Virus record (IMG/VR): IMGVR_UViG_3300007643_000268
Span: 1-41,908 of that record
Reading direction: 5' to 3' (one strand)
Source of the DNA: a virus
Lineage: Duplodnaviria > Caudoviricetes
Length of the DNA stretch: 41,908 bases
Shown here one piece after another: positions 18,308 to 27,667 of the stretch (positions are counted from its first letter, which is position 1; every line of letters begins with the position of its first letter). Under the pieces are notes generated by a model, which made no database searches, was not told the DNA's origin, and saw only the letters and a program-made list of their open reading frames with translations. The translations under genes and the position numbers were made by a program.

Positions 18308-19771
18308 GTGGAGTCTTTGTCAGTTGACGGTCGCGAATTAGGTCGTCTGTTACATGCATTTCGAGCAAGAATGGGAATCGATGCGTCAAAAGTTGAGACG
18401 GATTTGGCTGCCATGCTTGAGGCTGAGGTCAGCCAATCACCAGTGAAAGCACTTCAGCCAATACTGGAAAACGCAGTAGAATTTGAGACCAATGCTTATT
18501 CTCGATTAGAATTCTCGCCAGACGAATTCGAGCTCCTTGCTCGTGCCTATCGCATCCCACGACTGATGTTGGATCCACTGATTGCGGAATGGAGAAGGGT
18601 TCCTTGCGTAGTATCTAGGCATGACGGTGATGGAAACGACCTCACAAAAATACCAGTTTCGCGATTTTCAAAAAGCACCTATGGACAGAACGCGAATTAT
18701 CGTGTTCCCGCACAACGGCTTTTTGGGACAACTGACCTCGGAATCGTACTTCTTGAACTGAAGAGTGGTGGGAGATCGGACACTCATTCTCATCCAGGCG
18801 ATGAATTCATGTATGTCATGGACGGTGAGATCGAAGTCCAAATGGAAGAGACCGGCCTTTCAGTTCGAGTGCGACAAGGTGAATTCATTCATTTTTACGC
18901 AGAACAACGCCATGCTGCGTGGAACCCATCGAATGAGACTGCGCGAGTTTTCGTGATTCGATTCTACGCTCTCGTTGACTCTGAAGATCCGGAACGTGAG
19001 GTCTACGCGAAAACCATTGCGCAGCCCTACAAAGAGTGGTCAAGTGGATTCGCACATCGCGTTTCTACTGAAATGGGATTGTCGCTTATGCGATATCGCG
19101 ACAAAGTTCACTCCTACACAGGAGACACAACGGATGAACTACCCAGTGAAGTCGAAGATAGAATCGGTCTCGGACGGTTGTTGGAATTGTCAACCAAAGG
19201 AAAACACAATAAAGACGGAATCAATATATCTCTATCGAGTCTCGCAGCATCAAGTCGCAATCGATCACTAAACTATAGCAGGTCAAAGTTTGACCGTATC
19301 CATCAAGGTCGTTCACCGGTTCCGACAAACGAATTGAAAGAATTGGCGAGTGTGTACGAACTTGAGCCGGTTCTCCTTTACCATTACCTCGCTTCTTCCC
19401 ACCGATCAGCTATTTCAGTCAGAGATCACAACGAATCAGAAGACCATCGAGTTAACGACTGGTGGGAGGTACCAAAATCGGCGATTCACGTCAGCGGCGC
19501 ACGGTATTGGATTCCGAAGCGCAAACTGGCTGACACATCGATTACAGTAGCAAGACTCCTCTTAGGGTCAGGCTCAAGTTCCCCAGATAATTCGCATCCT
19601 GGCAATGAAATCTTGTTGCCGCTTTCTGGTGAATTCAATGTGTGCTTTGGGGACGCAAAAATTGATCTGCGAGAGGGTCAATTCGCACACTACCACAGCA
19701 CTGTGTCTCACCGTGTTGACAATGTCGGCAAAGAGAAATCAGAAATGTTGGTAATTAGGATTTATGAGTAA
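18308..19771 (+). CDS. Tandem (XRE-HTH-like + cupin) x2 protein
   Basis: Internal duplication: ELGRLL/GLGRLL, ELLARAY/ELASVY, HSHPGDE..H and NSHPGNE..H cupin motifs. Confidence 0.75.
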   Translation: MESLSVDGRELGRLLHAFRARMGIDASKVETDLAAMLEAEVSQSPVKALQPILENAVEFETNAYSRLEFSPDEFELLARAYRIPRLMLDPLIAEWRRVPCVVSRHDGDGNDLTKIPVSRFSKSTYGQNANYRVPAQRLFGTTDLGIVLLELKSGGRSDTHSHPGDEFMYVMDGEIEVQMEETGLSVRVRQGEFIHFYAEQRHAAWNPSNETARVFVIRFYALVDSEDPEREVYAKTIAQPYKEWSSGFAHRVSTEMGLSLMRYRDKVHSYTGDTTDELPSEVEDRIGLGRLLELSTKGKHNKDGINISLSSLAASSRNRSLNYSRSKFDRIHQGRSPVPTNELKELASVYELEPVLLYHYLASSHRSAISVRDHNESEDHRVNDWWEVPKSAIHVSGARYWIPKRKLADTSITVARLLLGSGSSSPDNSHPGNEILLPLSGEFNVCFGDAKIDLREGQFAHYHSTVSHRVDNVGKEKSEMLVIRIYE

Positions 19772-21053
19772 TTGCCCTTTCGCCCGCGAAAGTCTCCCAA
19801 CGTTTAACAATCACGTCACAGTACAACGGATCGAGTTCCATCAAGAATGCTCGGCGGCCCGTCTGCTGGGCTGCAATCAGTGTGGAGCCGCTGCCGCCGA
19901 AGAGGTCGAGGACGTTTTCACCGGTTCGCGATGAGAACTGCATTGCTCGCACTGCCAGTTCGACCGGCTTCTCGGTCAGGTGGACCATGCTCTGCGGATT
20001 CACCTTCTTGACGTGCCAGAGGTCGGTGGCATTATTCGGGCCGAAGTACTCATGAGCCGCTCCCTCCTTCCAACCGTAGAAGCACCACTCGTGAGCACCC
20101 ATAAAATCTTTTCGTGTGAGAACCGGGTGCTGCTTGTCCCAGATGAGCGCTTGCGAGAAGTACAGCCCGTGCTTCTTCAGAAACGGCGGGTAGTTCGCGC
20201 AGTTGGCGTAGCCGCCCCAGATGTAGAACCCGCGACCCGGTACCAGCACGCGGGCAATGTTACCGAACCAAGCGTCGAGGAGCCGATCGAACTCGTCATC
20301 GGATACGAAATCGTTGGCCAGTGGACGATCTTTGGCTCGCAGCTTCTTCTGCGTCGGCTTTGACTTCTCCGGATGCCGAGCAACGTCCATCGACTGATGA
20401 TGTGTGGTTCCCTTAAACGACGATAGTCCGGCAGCGATGGCATTGTTGCTGCGAGGTTCAACTTTCACGTTGTAAGGCGGGTCTGTATTGCAGAGATGAA
20501 TCGGCTGGCCATCGAGTAACCGATCGATATCTTCCGAACTGCTGCTGTCGCCGCAGAGCAGTCGATGCTCACCAAGAATCCACAAGTCTCCCGGCTTGGT
20601 GATCGCTTCGTCTGGTGGTGCAGGAATCTCGTCTGCATCGGTCATTCCCTCCTGGACACCGGGATCGAGAAGTTTGGCGAGTTCGTCCTGGTCGAATCCA
20701 AGCATGCCAAGGTCGAAATCCATCCCCTCCAGTTCAGACAGTTCGATTGGCAGCAGTTCCAAATTCCACTCAGCGATCTCAGCGGTTTTGTTGTCGGCAA
20801 TGCGAAGCGCCTTGATCTTCTCCGGAGACAGACCGCGAGCAATATGCACCGGCACCTCGTTGAGACCGAGTTTCTTCGCTGCCTTCAATCGGGTGTGACC
20901 GATGATGACTATGCCCTCATCGTCGACGACAATCGGCTGACGGAACCCAAACTCCTGGAGCGACTTCGCGACGACATCAACGGCGTCATCGTTCAAACGC
21001 GGATTCTTGTCGTAAGGGATCAGTCTATCGATGGACCAGGTTTCAACTTGCAT
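19755..21053 (-). CDS. ParB-N domain fused to an N6A/N4C DNA methyltransferase (beta order)
   Basis: PYDKNPR..FGFRQPIVVD..GHTRLKAA..IADNK, then DPPY before DLFGGSGST. Start revised to ATG 21053. Confidence 0.93.
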   Translation of the reverse strand: MQVETWSIDRLIPYDKNPRLNDDAVDVVAKSLQEFGFRQPIVVDDEGIVIIGHTRLKAAKKLGLNEVPVHIARGLSPEKIKALRIADNKTAEIAEWNLELLPIELSELEGMDFDLGMLGFDQDELAKLLDPGVQEGMTDADEIPAPPDEAITKPGDLWILGEHRLLCGDSSSSEDIDRLLDGQPIHLCNTDPPYNVKVEPRSNNAIAAGLSSFKGTTHHQSMDVARHPEKSKPTQKKLRAKDRPLANDFVSDDEFDRLLDAWFGNIARVLVPGRGFYIWGGYANCANYPPFLKKHGLYFSQALIWDKQHPVLTRKDFMGAHEWCFYGWKEGAAHEYFGPNNATDLWHVKKVNPQSMVHLTEKPVELAVRAMQFSSRTGENVLDLFGGSGSTLIAAQQTGRRAFLMELDPLYCDVIVKRWETFAGERAITHKS

Positions 21054-21085
21054 GCGAAAAACTCCAGAGTTGGTTAGTTGTGATT

Positions 21086-21472
21086 TCAATCAGCGTTTCG
21101 AGCATTCGGTTCGTGATCCCAGTTCAGCCCAAGATCGTCGATGGCCCCGCTGCCGCAGTGCTCATGTATCCAAGCGAGCCCGCGTTTCGTGACTGCAACT
21201 TGTCGGACGCGATCACGATTCGGTTCCGTAAGTCGGCGGATCAATCCGGCGTTCGCCAGTCGACGGGTCCAGCGGGACCAGCGGCTGCGATTTCGGGATG
21301 TTGGAGATTGGCGTAACCAGGACGATGGTTCGTACCGTGTGGGGCGTTCGTCCGATGTCCGTTCAGCAATCGCCAGGAGCAACCGGATCGCCACTGGCGG
21401 CCTCAGCACGGCTGGTTCATTCAGAACGCACTCATCGAAAGCTGGAGTTTCCAATGCTTGGACACCGTTCAC
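21086..21472 (-). CDS. Hypothetical winged-helix-like protein
   Basis: SRWTRRLANAGLIRR...VAVTKRG resembles a MarR-type recognition helix and wing. Confidence 0.5.
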   Translation of the reverse strand: MNGVQALETPAFDECVLNEPAVLRPPVAIRLLLAIAERTSDERPTRYEPSSWLRQSPTSRNRSRWSRWTRRLANAGLIRRLTEPNRDRVRQVAVTKRGLAWIHEHCGSGAIDDLGLNWDHEPNARNAD

Positions 21473-21505
21473 TCAGGTAACGTGCGAACGGAAAAGTTTG
21501 CGCTG

Positions 21506-21661
21506 GTTGCCACAGAATCTCCGACCGAACCCCATTCGCAGAAACACGTTGCCACGAATCCTTAGAAAAACCGGACTTGCCCGGACACTCAAAAGAAAGT
21601 CAGCCTAATAACGCGACGGTTCCCGCTGGCGTAAGTCTTGACCCTGCCATGAGAAGGAACC
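21506..21661 (-). other. Candidate cos packaging site (cosQ/cosN/cosB-like)
   Basis: Minus strand GGTTCCT...TTACG-CCAGCGGGAACCGT-CGCG resembles lambda GGGTCCT...TTACG-GGGCGGCGACCT-CGCG. Repeat GTTGCCAC(A)GAATC at 21506 and 21548. Confidence 0.5.
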
Positions 21662-21691
21662 ATCGCTATAATCTGCTTGAGGATTCATGCC

Positions 21692-22042
21692 ATGTCACAT
21701 CTCAATCTCGTCGTAATTCGCGTTGCTGATCTAGAATCAGCTGCGGCCTTCTACCGGTTGATTGGATTGGAATTCCAAAGACATCGCCATGGCAACGGGC
21801 CAGAGCACCTTGCATGCGAAACCGAACAATTAGTGTTCGAGCTTTACCAGGCGACCACCAAGAATCCGGTGGCTCCATCAACACGATTAGGATTTATTGT
21901 TGATGATGTCGATGTGACACTTGCGAGAATGAACAGCGATTCAATCCTCTCGCGACCGAGCAACTCTGAGTGGGGACGCCGTGCAGTTGTCTCAGATCCT
22001 GATGGTCATCGAATTGAACTGCTGTCAATTCAGCCTGATTGA
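21692..22042 (+). CDS. VOC / glyoxalase / bleomycin-resistance family protein
   Basis: LVVIRVADLESAAAFY...LGFIVDDVD...WGRRAVVSDPDGHRIEL. A perfect TATAAT lies at 21667-21672. Confidence 0.9.
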   Translation: MSHLNLVVIRVADLESAAAFYRLIGLEFQRHRHGNGPEHLACETEQLVFELYQATTKNPVAPSTRLGFIVDDVDVTLARMNSDSILSRPSNSEWGRRAVVSDPDGHRIELLSIQPD

Positions 22043-22054
22043 ACAAGGCAAATC

Positions 22055-22312
22055 TTTCACCCCCTCATTGAATGTTTCACCCTCGTTGTTTTGACGCAAG
22101 ATTCGACGCACCAACCTGTTGCGTTCACGATTGAATAATTCTTCACTTTCACCCCCCTCTCACACACACGAATGAAAAATGCTGCGCGAGGGGGTGGGGG
22201 TGAAAAGGGTGAAACATTTAATATATGACTATTATTCTCTGTGTTTATTCATGTTTTTACTGCTCAAATCTTTCACCCTCAGGGGGTGAATTATTCCCGA
22301 ACAATTCACCCC
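22055..22312. repeat. Iteron cluster with AT-rich core, putative replication origin
   Basis: Eight TTCACCC/GGGTGAA copies (near 22055, 22075, 22147, 22198, 22207, 22271, 22284, 22305) in both orientations around AT-rich 22212-22262, directly after the primase stop. Confidence 0.7.
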
Positions 22313-22314
22313 AC

Positions 22315-24549
22315 TCAGCTCACAAGCCGGTAGGCATTCCCAGTGTTGGTCGCGCTCTTGAGCATTACGATCTCAATGTCGTTTCGCTGACGCAGAGTTT
22401 CGATCACTTTCTGAAACGTCTGAGCGTCGAGCTTCATCCGCTTGAGGAGCACGCTGTGCCCAATGGTGTGGTCCGGTGCCTCTCGCAGTTTCTTCAATAG
22501 CTTCAAACACTCGGCATGGAATGGAGTTTCTGCAACATGGCAGTTCGCCATGAACAGCATGCGGCGTGTTTGATGCATGGCGAACTGCGTAGCCCACGTC
22601 GCAGCGTTCTTGTCGATTGATGGCCGGCGATGGTTAGCGCTGATTGCATACAGCAATGCCAGCTTGCGAATATGCTCGTTAGTACGTCCCCAGACCGTTG
22701 TGCCGACAGCATCACCGTTCTCTTCAGCATTCGCATATTCGAACTCACATTGATGCCGGGAGTCGATCAGTAATACCTGGGCATCGTCCGTGTACCGCAC
22801 GATCTCCGGGATAGGAAAGAACTTGTTGAGATCGCCTTTCCCTGGATTGAAATTCGCCCAATAGGTCGCCGTCTCCAGAACGCGTGGTGGCAGATCAGCG
22901 ATTGTTGGTTCCTGACCAGCACCACGTTTGCCAGCCTCGATGATCAGCATGCGGGCGAAGAATCCATTCGTCAGCATGCGTTCGCTGAGCGCTGCATAGT
23001 AATGTGTCGGGATGGCCGTTCCGTAGATGATGAGGCACGGTTGGTCGATCGTATCGGCCTGTTCCTTGCCTGCCTTACGGCGCATTGGATAAACGCTGGC
23101 CGCGGAGGAATACATCGTCAACAACGTGCCGAGAATGCCCTCGTAACGGGCGTCTTTGGCCTTGTTAATCGACTGTAACAGTCCATCGATTTCATCCGTC
23201 TGGAACAACATGCAAGACGTCAGATACAGAGCGTCCTGCAATCCTTCGCCAGAAGCGAAGTGTTCGCCTAACGCGTTCGACTGATCGATGGCATGCAGAA
23301 CTCGTGTGTTGACGCGTCGCGGCCAGTCTTTACCGGCTGCCGAATGTGCCAGACTGAGCAGGTAAAGATTGGTCCGGTTGTCGGCCTGATCGCGAACTTT
23401 GCGACCACCGAGAAAGGCTTGTAATGCGAGCGCTCCGCAGAACGCCAGCGGTTGACTTGGATAGGGAGCGGTCGCGAGGGAGTGATCCATCACTTCGGAG
23501 ATGAATCCAGGCACGCGTAATAGTTCACTGGGAATCGGTCCTGGATCGTTGGTTGTTATCTCTGATGGTTCGTTCGCACTGACTTCGATTCGCGTGGGAC
23601 GAGTTGACTCCGCAGCCTCTCCGACCAGCGCGGAGATATCGACGCCGACATCAATCGGTTGATCACGTTCCTGATTCAACAACCAGCCACGTGGTTGATT
23701 GTGTGGTTTTCTGGCGGCATCTTCGACCTTATGTCGCAACTCTTTCTCGCTCCAGGGCGGATCGCAGCGTGAGTTGTACTGTTCCAGTAAAATTCCAAGT
23801 GCCTGTTCTGGATCAATTTCGAATCCATGCACCAGGACGGTCGCCGCTGTGTAAGTGGCGGAATGGCCCCCTTGTCCACTAATGGCAGACGGCAGTTTGT
23901 CGAGGTACGCCAGTGCGCGACGCTCGATTTCATGCGGTGCGAAGTCCACTCGGCTTGTAGATGATGTCGGTGCAGACGCAGGGGACTTCGTCGGGACTGA
24001 GCCATGCCGCATTTCAACGACTCGCTTCGCCAGCGCAGCGACACACGCTGCCAGCATCGGCGCTGGGACGACTGCCGGTTCATTAGCCACAATCTCGTAT
24101 CGGCTGCCATCGTCGGGATGGATGCTTGGTCCCACGACTGTCTGTCCACCCGTACTCCGGAGTTCCACAATCATCTTGCGGGAAATCGGATCTTTGTGCT
24201 GTTTGGTTCCCGTCCCTTCAGCGTAATACCAACGATGTGAACGCAACTTCCCTAGCCGACCCGTCATCGTCGGCGTTGGCGGCAGGAATTGGTCGGCAAG
24301 TTCGATTGCTTCCGGGCAGTCTAGATCGACATCAACGAGCCAATGGGATGGTTCACCAACGGCGATTCCAATGTTGGCCGGTTGATCGAAGTATTGAGGA
24401 AGTTCTTCATCGGTCAGGCGAAGTTGCTCCCAACCCTTGATCACGGCGCCTTTCTGCTTATACGGAATCGGCACGACACACCATCCGCGACGCACGTATT
24501 CGCGTGCGGCTTCCAAGGGTGTAACAGTATCGTGACCGGACTGGCCCAT
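22315..24549 (-). CDS. Bifunctional DNA primase/polymerase N-domain + DUF3987-like helicase domain
   Basis: GWCVVPI..K..GW..NIGIA..LVDVDLD..H..QTVVGPSIHP, PriCT-like CDPPWSEKEL, degenerate P-loop AHSAAGKD, QTDEID and NGFFARML. Confidence 0.85.
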   Translation of the reverse strand: MGQSGHDTVTPLEAAREYVRRGWCVVPIPYKQKGAVIKGWEQLRLTDEELPQYFDQPANIGIAVGEPSHWLVDVDLDCPEAIELADQFLPPTPTMTGRLGKLRSHRWYYAEGTGTKQHKDPISRKMIVELRSTGGQTVVGPSIHPDDGSRYEIVANEPAVVPAPMLAACVAALAKRVVEMRHGSVPTKSPASAPTSSTSRVDFAPHEIERRALAYLDKLPSAISGQGGHSATYTAATVLVHGFEIDPEQALGILLEQYNSRCDPPWSEKELRHKVEDAARKPHNQPRGWLLNQERDQPIDVGVDISALVGEAAESTRPTRIEVSANEPSEITTNDPGPIPSELLRVPGFISEVMDHSLATAPYPSQPLAFCGALALQAFLGGRKVRDQADNRTNLYLLSLAHSAAGKDWPRRVNTRVLHAIDQSNALGEHFASGEGLQDALYLTSCMLFQTDEIDGLLQSINKAKDARYEGILGTLLTMYSSAASVYPMRRKAGKEQADTIDQPCLIIYGTAIPTHYYAALSERMLTNGFFARMLIIEAGKRGAGQEPTIADLPPRVLETATYWANFNPGKGDLNKFFPIPEIVRYTDDAQVLLIDSRHQCEFEYANAEENGDAVGTTVWGRTNEHIRKLALLYAISANHRRPSIDKNAATWATQFAMHQTRRMLFMANCHVAETPFHAECLKLLKKLREAPDHTIGHSVLLKRMKLDAQTFQKVIETLRQRNDIEIVMLKSATNTGNAYRLVS

Positions 24550-24568
24550 CGTTACCGAGGTTCCTCCG

Positions 24569-25012
24569 TTAGCTCAGTTGCGGAGGTGATGTCAGGCTGA
24601 CGGCCTTCGTGTGCTTTTGAATTAGCTCGGCAGCCGGTCCAGCAGCGGGGCGATCATCAATGACGTTTCCGGTTGAGATTGCATCCAACAGAACGCCAAG
24701 GCAGGCACGGGCATGGGCCAGGTGCGAGACACCACTTTCTGGATCGTCATCCTGTCCATCGAGCCACTGCGCAAGATGACGTTTGGTAGCCGCGATATAG
24801 ATCGTTGATCGTACTTTAGAATTCCGCCAATTAAACTCGCCGTATTTGCGGGCACCGAGTCCCATCACCACTGCTTCGAGAATCTCTGCTGCTGGCGGAA
24901 TTAAGTGCAGTGGCGGCTTACCAGCGCCCACGCGGTCCTTTGGATTCTCATCCTCTCCATCAGGATCGAAGATGTGTGGTAAATCGTGTTCGGTCATCAA
25001 GTCGGCATCCAT
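24569..25012 (-). CDS. dATP/dGTP diphosphohydrolase domain protein (DUF5664-like)
   Basis: GARKYGEFNW..RHL..W.DG.D.DPESG.SHLAHA motif. Confidence 0.85.
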   Translation of the reverse strand: MDADLMTEHDLPHIFDPDGEDENPKDRVGAGKPPLHLIPPAAEILEAVVMGLGARKYGEFNWRNSKVRSTIYIAATKRHLAQWLDGQDDDPESGVSHLAHARACLGVLLDAISTGNVIDDRPAAGPAAELIQKHTKAVSLTSPPQLS

Positions 25013-25053
25013 TAAATGGAGTGCTTAAGCGCAGCACTCAACAGCTAAAAAGA

Positions 25054-25107
25054 GTCCCCCTATTGTTAGGCTTTCCAATCGGCGCAAAAACGGGCGGGCA
25101 TTTTTTT
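25054..25107 (-). promoter_or_regulatory. 54-bp conserved element, copy 2 (upstream of diphosphohydrolase-primase)
   Basis: Sense TGCCCGCCCGTTTTTGCGCCGATTGGAAAGCCTAACAATAGGGGGAC, about 8 mismatches to copy 3. Confidence 0.7.
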
Positions 25108-25318
25108 GAGATTTTTTCAACATGGCCGAGATGGTCGAGTCGCATCTTCTGACCAGACAAAACGTTCGGATCAAATCTCACTTTTGCGGGATCTCTCCGG
25201 ATTCTTTTGACAGGGATGCAATGGTGAGATAAACTCCCACATGTGAACTGATGTCCACCTGGTTGTCTGATCTTGATATCAGCGACTTCATTCCCATTTC
25301 CGGCAGGGTCCGGCCGCG

Positions 25319-25342
25319 TGTTGACCGCTGTAGGTGTCAACA
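25319..25342. promoter_or_regulatory. Palindrome TGTTGAC-N10-GTCAACA at the divergence point of the two arms
   Basis: Perfect 7-bp inverted repeat carrying TTGAC on both strands. Confidence 0.4.
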
Positions 25343-25613
25343 ACTGAAACGGAGAGCGTTGTCATGATGACAACAATTCAACCGACTCAGGACACGCGGA
25401 CCCGATCGATACAGACCGGGTTACCAGCTGGACTGTCGCTCGCGAACTAAACTCAGGTTCGTCACTGCCGATTGCTCAATTAATGATCCCATTGTGGATC
25501 GGGCTGCGCATTGGCATCACTCTTTTTACCTCGTGGCAGCGCTGTGGGATCGCTGTCACATGTCCCCAAGGAAGGACTGCGTATCTAAAGCACACACCAA
25601 TGAGGAGACACAG

Positions 25614-26264
25614 ATGGCTCGTCACTTTTCATTACCATCCGTGCTACGGCAGGTACCGAATGACCTGTTACAGCGATTTTTTATTCAACTTCCGCATCCG
25701 TGTTACAGCATTGACTGGAACCGTATGGGGCAACGCGAAGCGGTCGGGCTTGTGCATCTGCTGAAGATGTGGCCCGATGAGGCCAGACAGTTCGTCGAAG
25801 AAGTATTGCGTAATGTTTTCGATCTGGCTTGCACATCAGGCAATCAGGCATTGCGAGAGGCAGCCGCTGATCTTGGTCAACTCGGCAAGTTCCAGAACGC
25901 TTTCGTTTATGGAAGTCTCTACCAGCGAGCGATGTGGACATGGCTGGAAGCACCAGAAGTCTTCGAAAAGGCACTGGTCTATCACCAGATTGAACGCCGA
26001 ACCGGATGGCGAAAACGGGATGATCTGCCCAAGATCGCACCCCGTACCGATGGGCACGCACTCGGTTGCCTGGGGCAAGATATTTCACGTCTGTTGATGA
26101 AAGAAGAGGGACGTGGACAGCACTGCACTGTCGAGTATTTCCAGCGTGAGAACGGAACCGATTACTTTTGCTGCTACCCCGATGATTTCGTCCGAACGGT
26201 CACGCTTCACGATGATGAAGGAACGCTCAAAACGCGTTCTGTTCGCCAGACATTTGGAAATTGA
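25614..26264 (+). pseudogene. Mobile-element hypothetical protein (MARHFS...), probably 3'-truncated
   Basis: RBS GAGGAG before ATG 25614. Ends abruptly at RQTFGN* where composition becomes AT-rich. My recollection that homologues are longer is unverified. Confidence 0.5.
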
Positions 26265-26428
26265 GCCTCGAACAGACACCTGGAGGCTTACGCAGAATGC
26301 AAGGTATGGATAAAATGAAATAACACGTCGAATCAAATTTTTGTGATGATGGACTGCTTGTGGGCAAAAACAATCAACAACGACTCCTCGCATTTCCCAA
26401 CGTCGAAAGTATCGAAGGAATTTCTGCA

Positions 26429-27625
26429 ATGACAGACAGTGACGATAAAACAGGCGATGTGACTGAAAACTCTGGTAGCAAAGTGAGAGAACCAGTGAAG
26501 AAGGCTGCGGTCAAGAAGAAACGGGCTAAGAGCAATTCGACGAAAAATGCGAAAAAAAAGAAGCCCGCTCCAAAACGCAAGCCAACTAGTAAATCTAGTG
26601 TTCGCCGTCCATTTCCTCAGAATACGCTAGAAGAAGCAATCAAGGTCGCCCAGGCAATTAGAGATAAAAATAACGGGAAAGCATTTGATACCGAGGATGT
26701 TGCAAAAGTTTTCGAGCTATCAAAGAAGGGTATGCCATTTTTTTATCTCGCTGGTTCATCTCGTGACTATGGTTTAACAGATGGTAGCAGAGACACCAAG
26801 CAAATATCGTTGACAGACCTTGGCAGCAACATTGTCTATCCTCAAACTGCTGAACAAGAAAAGCAGAGTAAGATAGAGGCATTTCTAAATGTCCCATTGT
26901 TCCAAAAAGTTTATGACCATTACGGTGGTGGCACACTACCTGAGAAACAGTATGTGAGCAGCGTCTTGGTCAAGAAATTTGATCTTGACGAATCTCTACA
27001 CGATGATTTCTGCACCTTGTACCAAGCAAATTGTAAGTTCCTCTCACTAGATGATGAGCAATCTGGACTTCAAGAGGTCAGCCGAGAAGGAGAGGCGAAT
27101 GGGGAAGCGATTGTTCTTCGTCAACGTGGGACTTATCAGAATCAAGCATTCATCGTTATGCCGTTTTCAGAGAAAGGCGACAACCCACGCCCGGATTCGT
27201 TTTTCAGCGAAGTCTTGAAAAGCTTGATCAAACCCGCATGCAATGCCGCTGACTTCGGAGTTGAAACAGCACGTAGCCTCGGGAGCGATCTCATCCATCA
27301 CACGATTATCAGGCAATTAGACGAAGCGCCACTCGTGATCGCAGATCTCACTGACCATAACCCTAATGTCCTTTTCGAATTAGGTGTCAGAATCGCTTTG
27401 GATAAACCCGTACTCTTAATTCGAGCCAAAGGAACTCCTCCAATTTTTGACGTTGATAACATGATGCGAGTGTGTGAATACGATCCTCGATTGTGGAAAA
27501 CAACTATAGAAGCGGACATTACAACTTTGACCGACCATATAAGGGGTGGCTGGGAAAATAGAGAGAAGAATCCGAGTTACATGCGCATCTTGAAGACTGG
27601 GCAAGTAGGACTTGCTGGAAGGTAA
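26429..27625 (+). CDS. Winged-helix-like + nucleoside 2-deoxyribosyltransferase (NDT/TIR-like) domain protein, putative defence effector
   Basis: FIVMPFS...IIRQLDEAPLVIADLTDHNPNVLFELG..IALDKPVLLI, Lys-rich N-tail, FPQNTLEEAI domain. AT-richer than flanks. Confidence 0.75.
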   Translation: MTDSDDKTGDVTENSGSKVREPVKKAAVKKKRAKSNSTKNAKKKKPAPKRKPTSKSSVRRPFPQNTLEEAIKVAQAIRDKNNGKAFDTEDVAKVFELSKKGMPFFYLAGSSRDYGLTDGSRDTKQISLTDLGSNIVYPQTAEQEKQSKIEAFLNVPLFQKVYDHYGGGTLPEKQYVSSVLVKKFDLDESLHDDFCTLYQANCKFLSLDDEQSGLQEVSREGEANGEAIVLRQRGTYQNQAFIVMPFSEKGDNPRPDSFFSEVLKSLIKPACNAADFGVETARSLGSDLIHHTIIRQLDEAPLVIADLTDHNPNVLFELGVRIALDKPVLLIRAKGTPPIFDVDNMMRVCEYDPRLWKTTIEADITTLTDHIRGGWENREKNPSYMRILKTGQVGLAGR

Positions 27626-27667
27626 TTCCAGTCAAGGAAAACTCTCACGGATTATTAATATCGAGTC

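Noticed and set aside
19755-21053. Type II restriction-modification system
   Set aside because: No cognate endonuclease; ParB-methylase fusions next to terminase are common orphan phage genes.
24569-25012. 2-aminoadenine (Z) genome pathway suggested by the dATP/dGTP diphosphohydrolase
   Set aside because: No PurZ-like or HD-domain DatZ gene in the window; the domain also occurs on its own in many phages.
25038-25343. 101-aa minus-strand ORF
   Set aside because: TTG start, no recognisable features, and it spans regulatory repeat copy 2.
26429-27625. Retron, CBASS or Thoeris system around the NDT-like gene
   Set aside because: No reverse transcriptase, cyclase or partner gene is adjacent.
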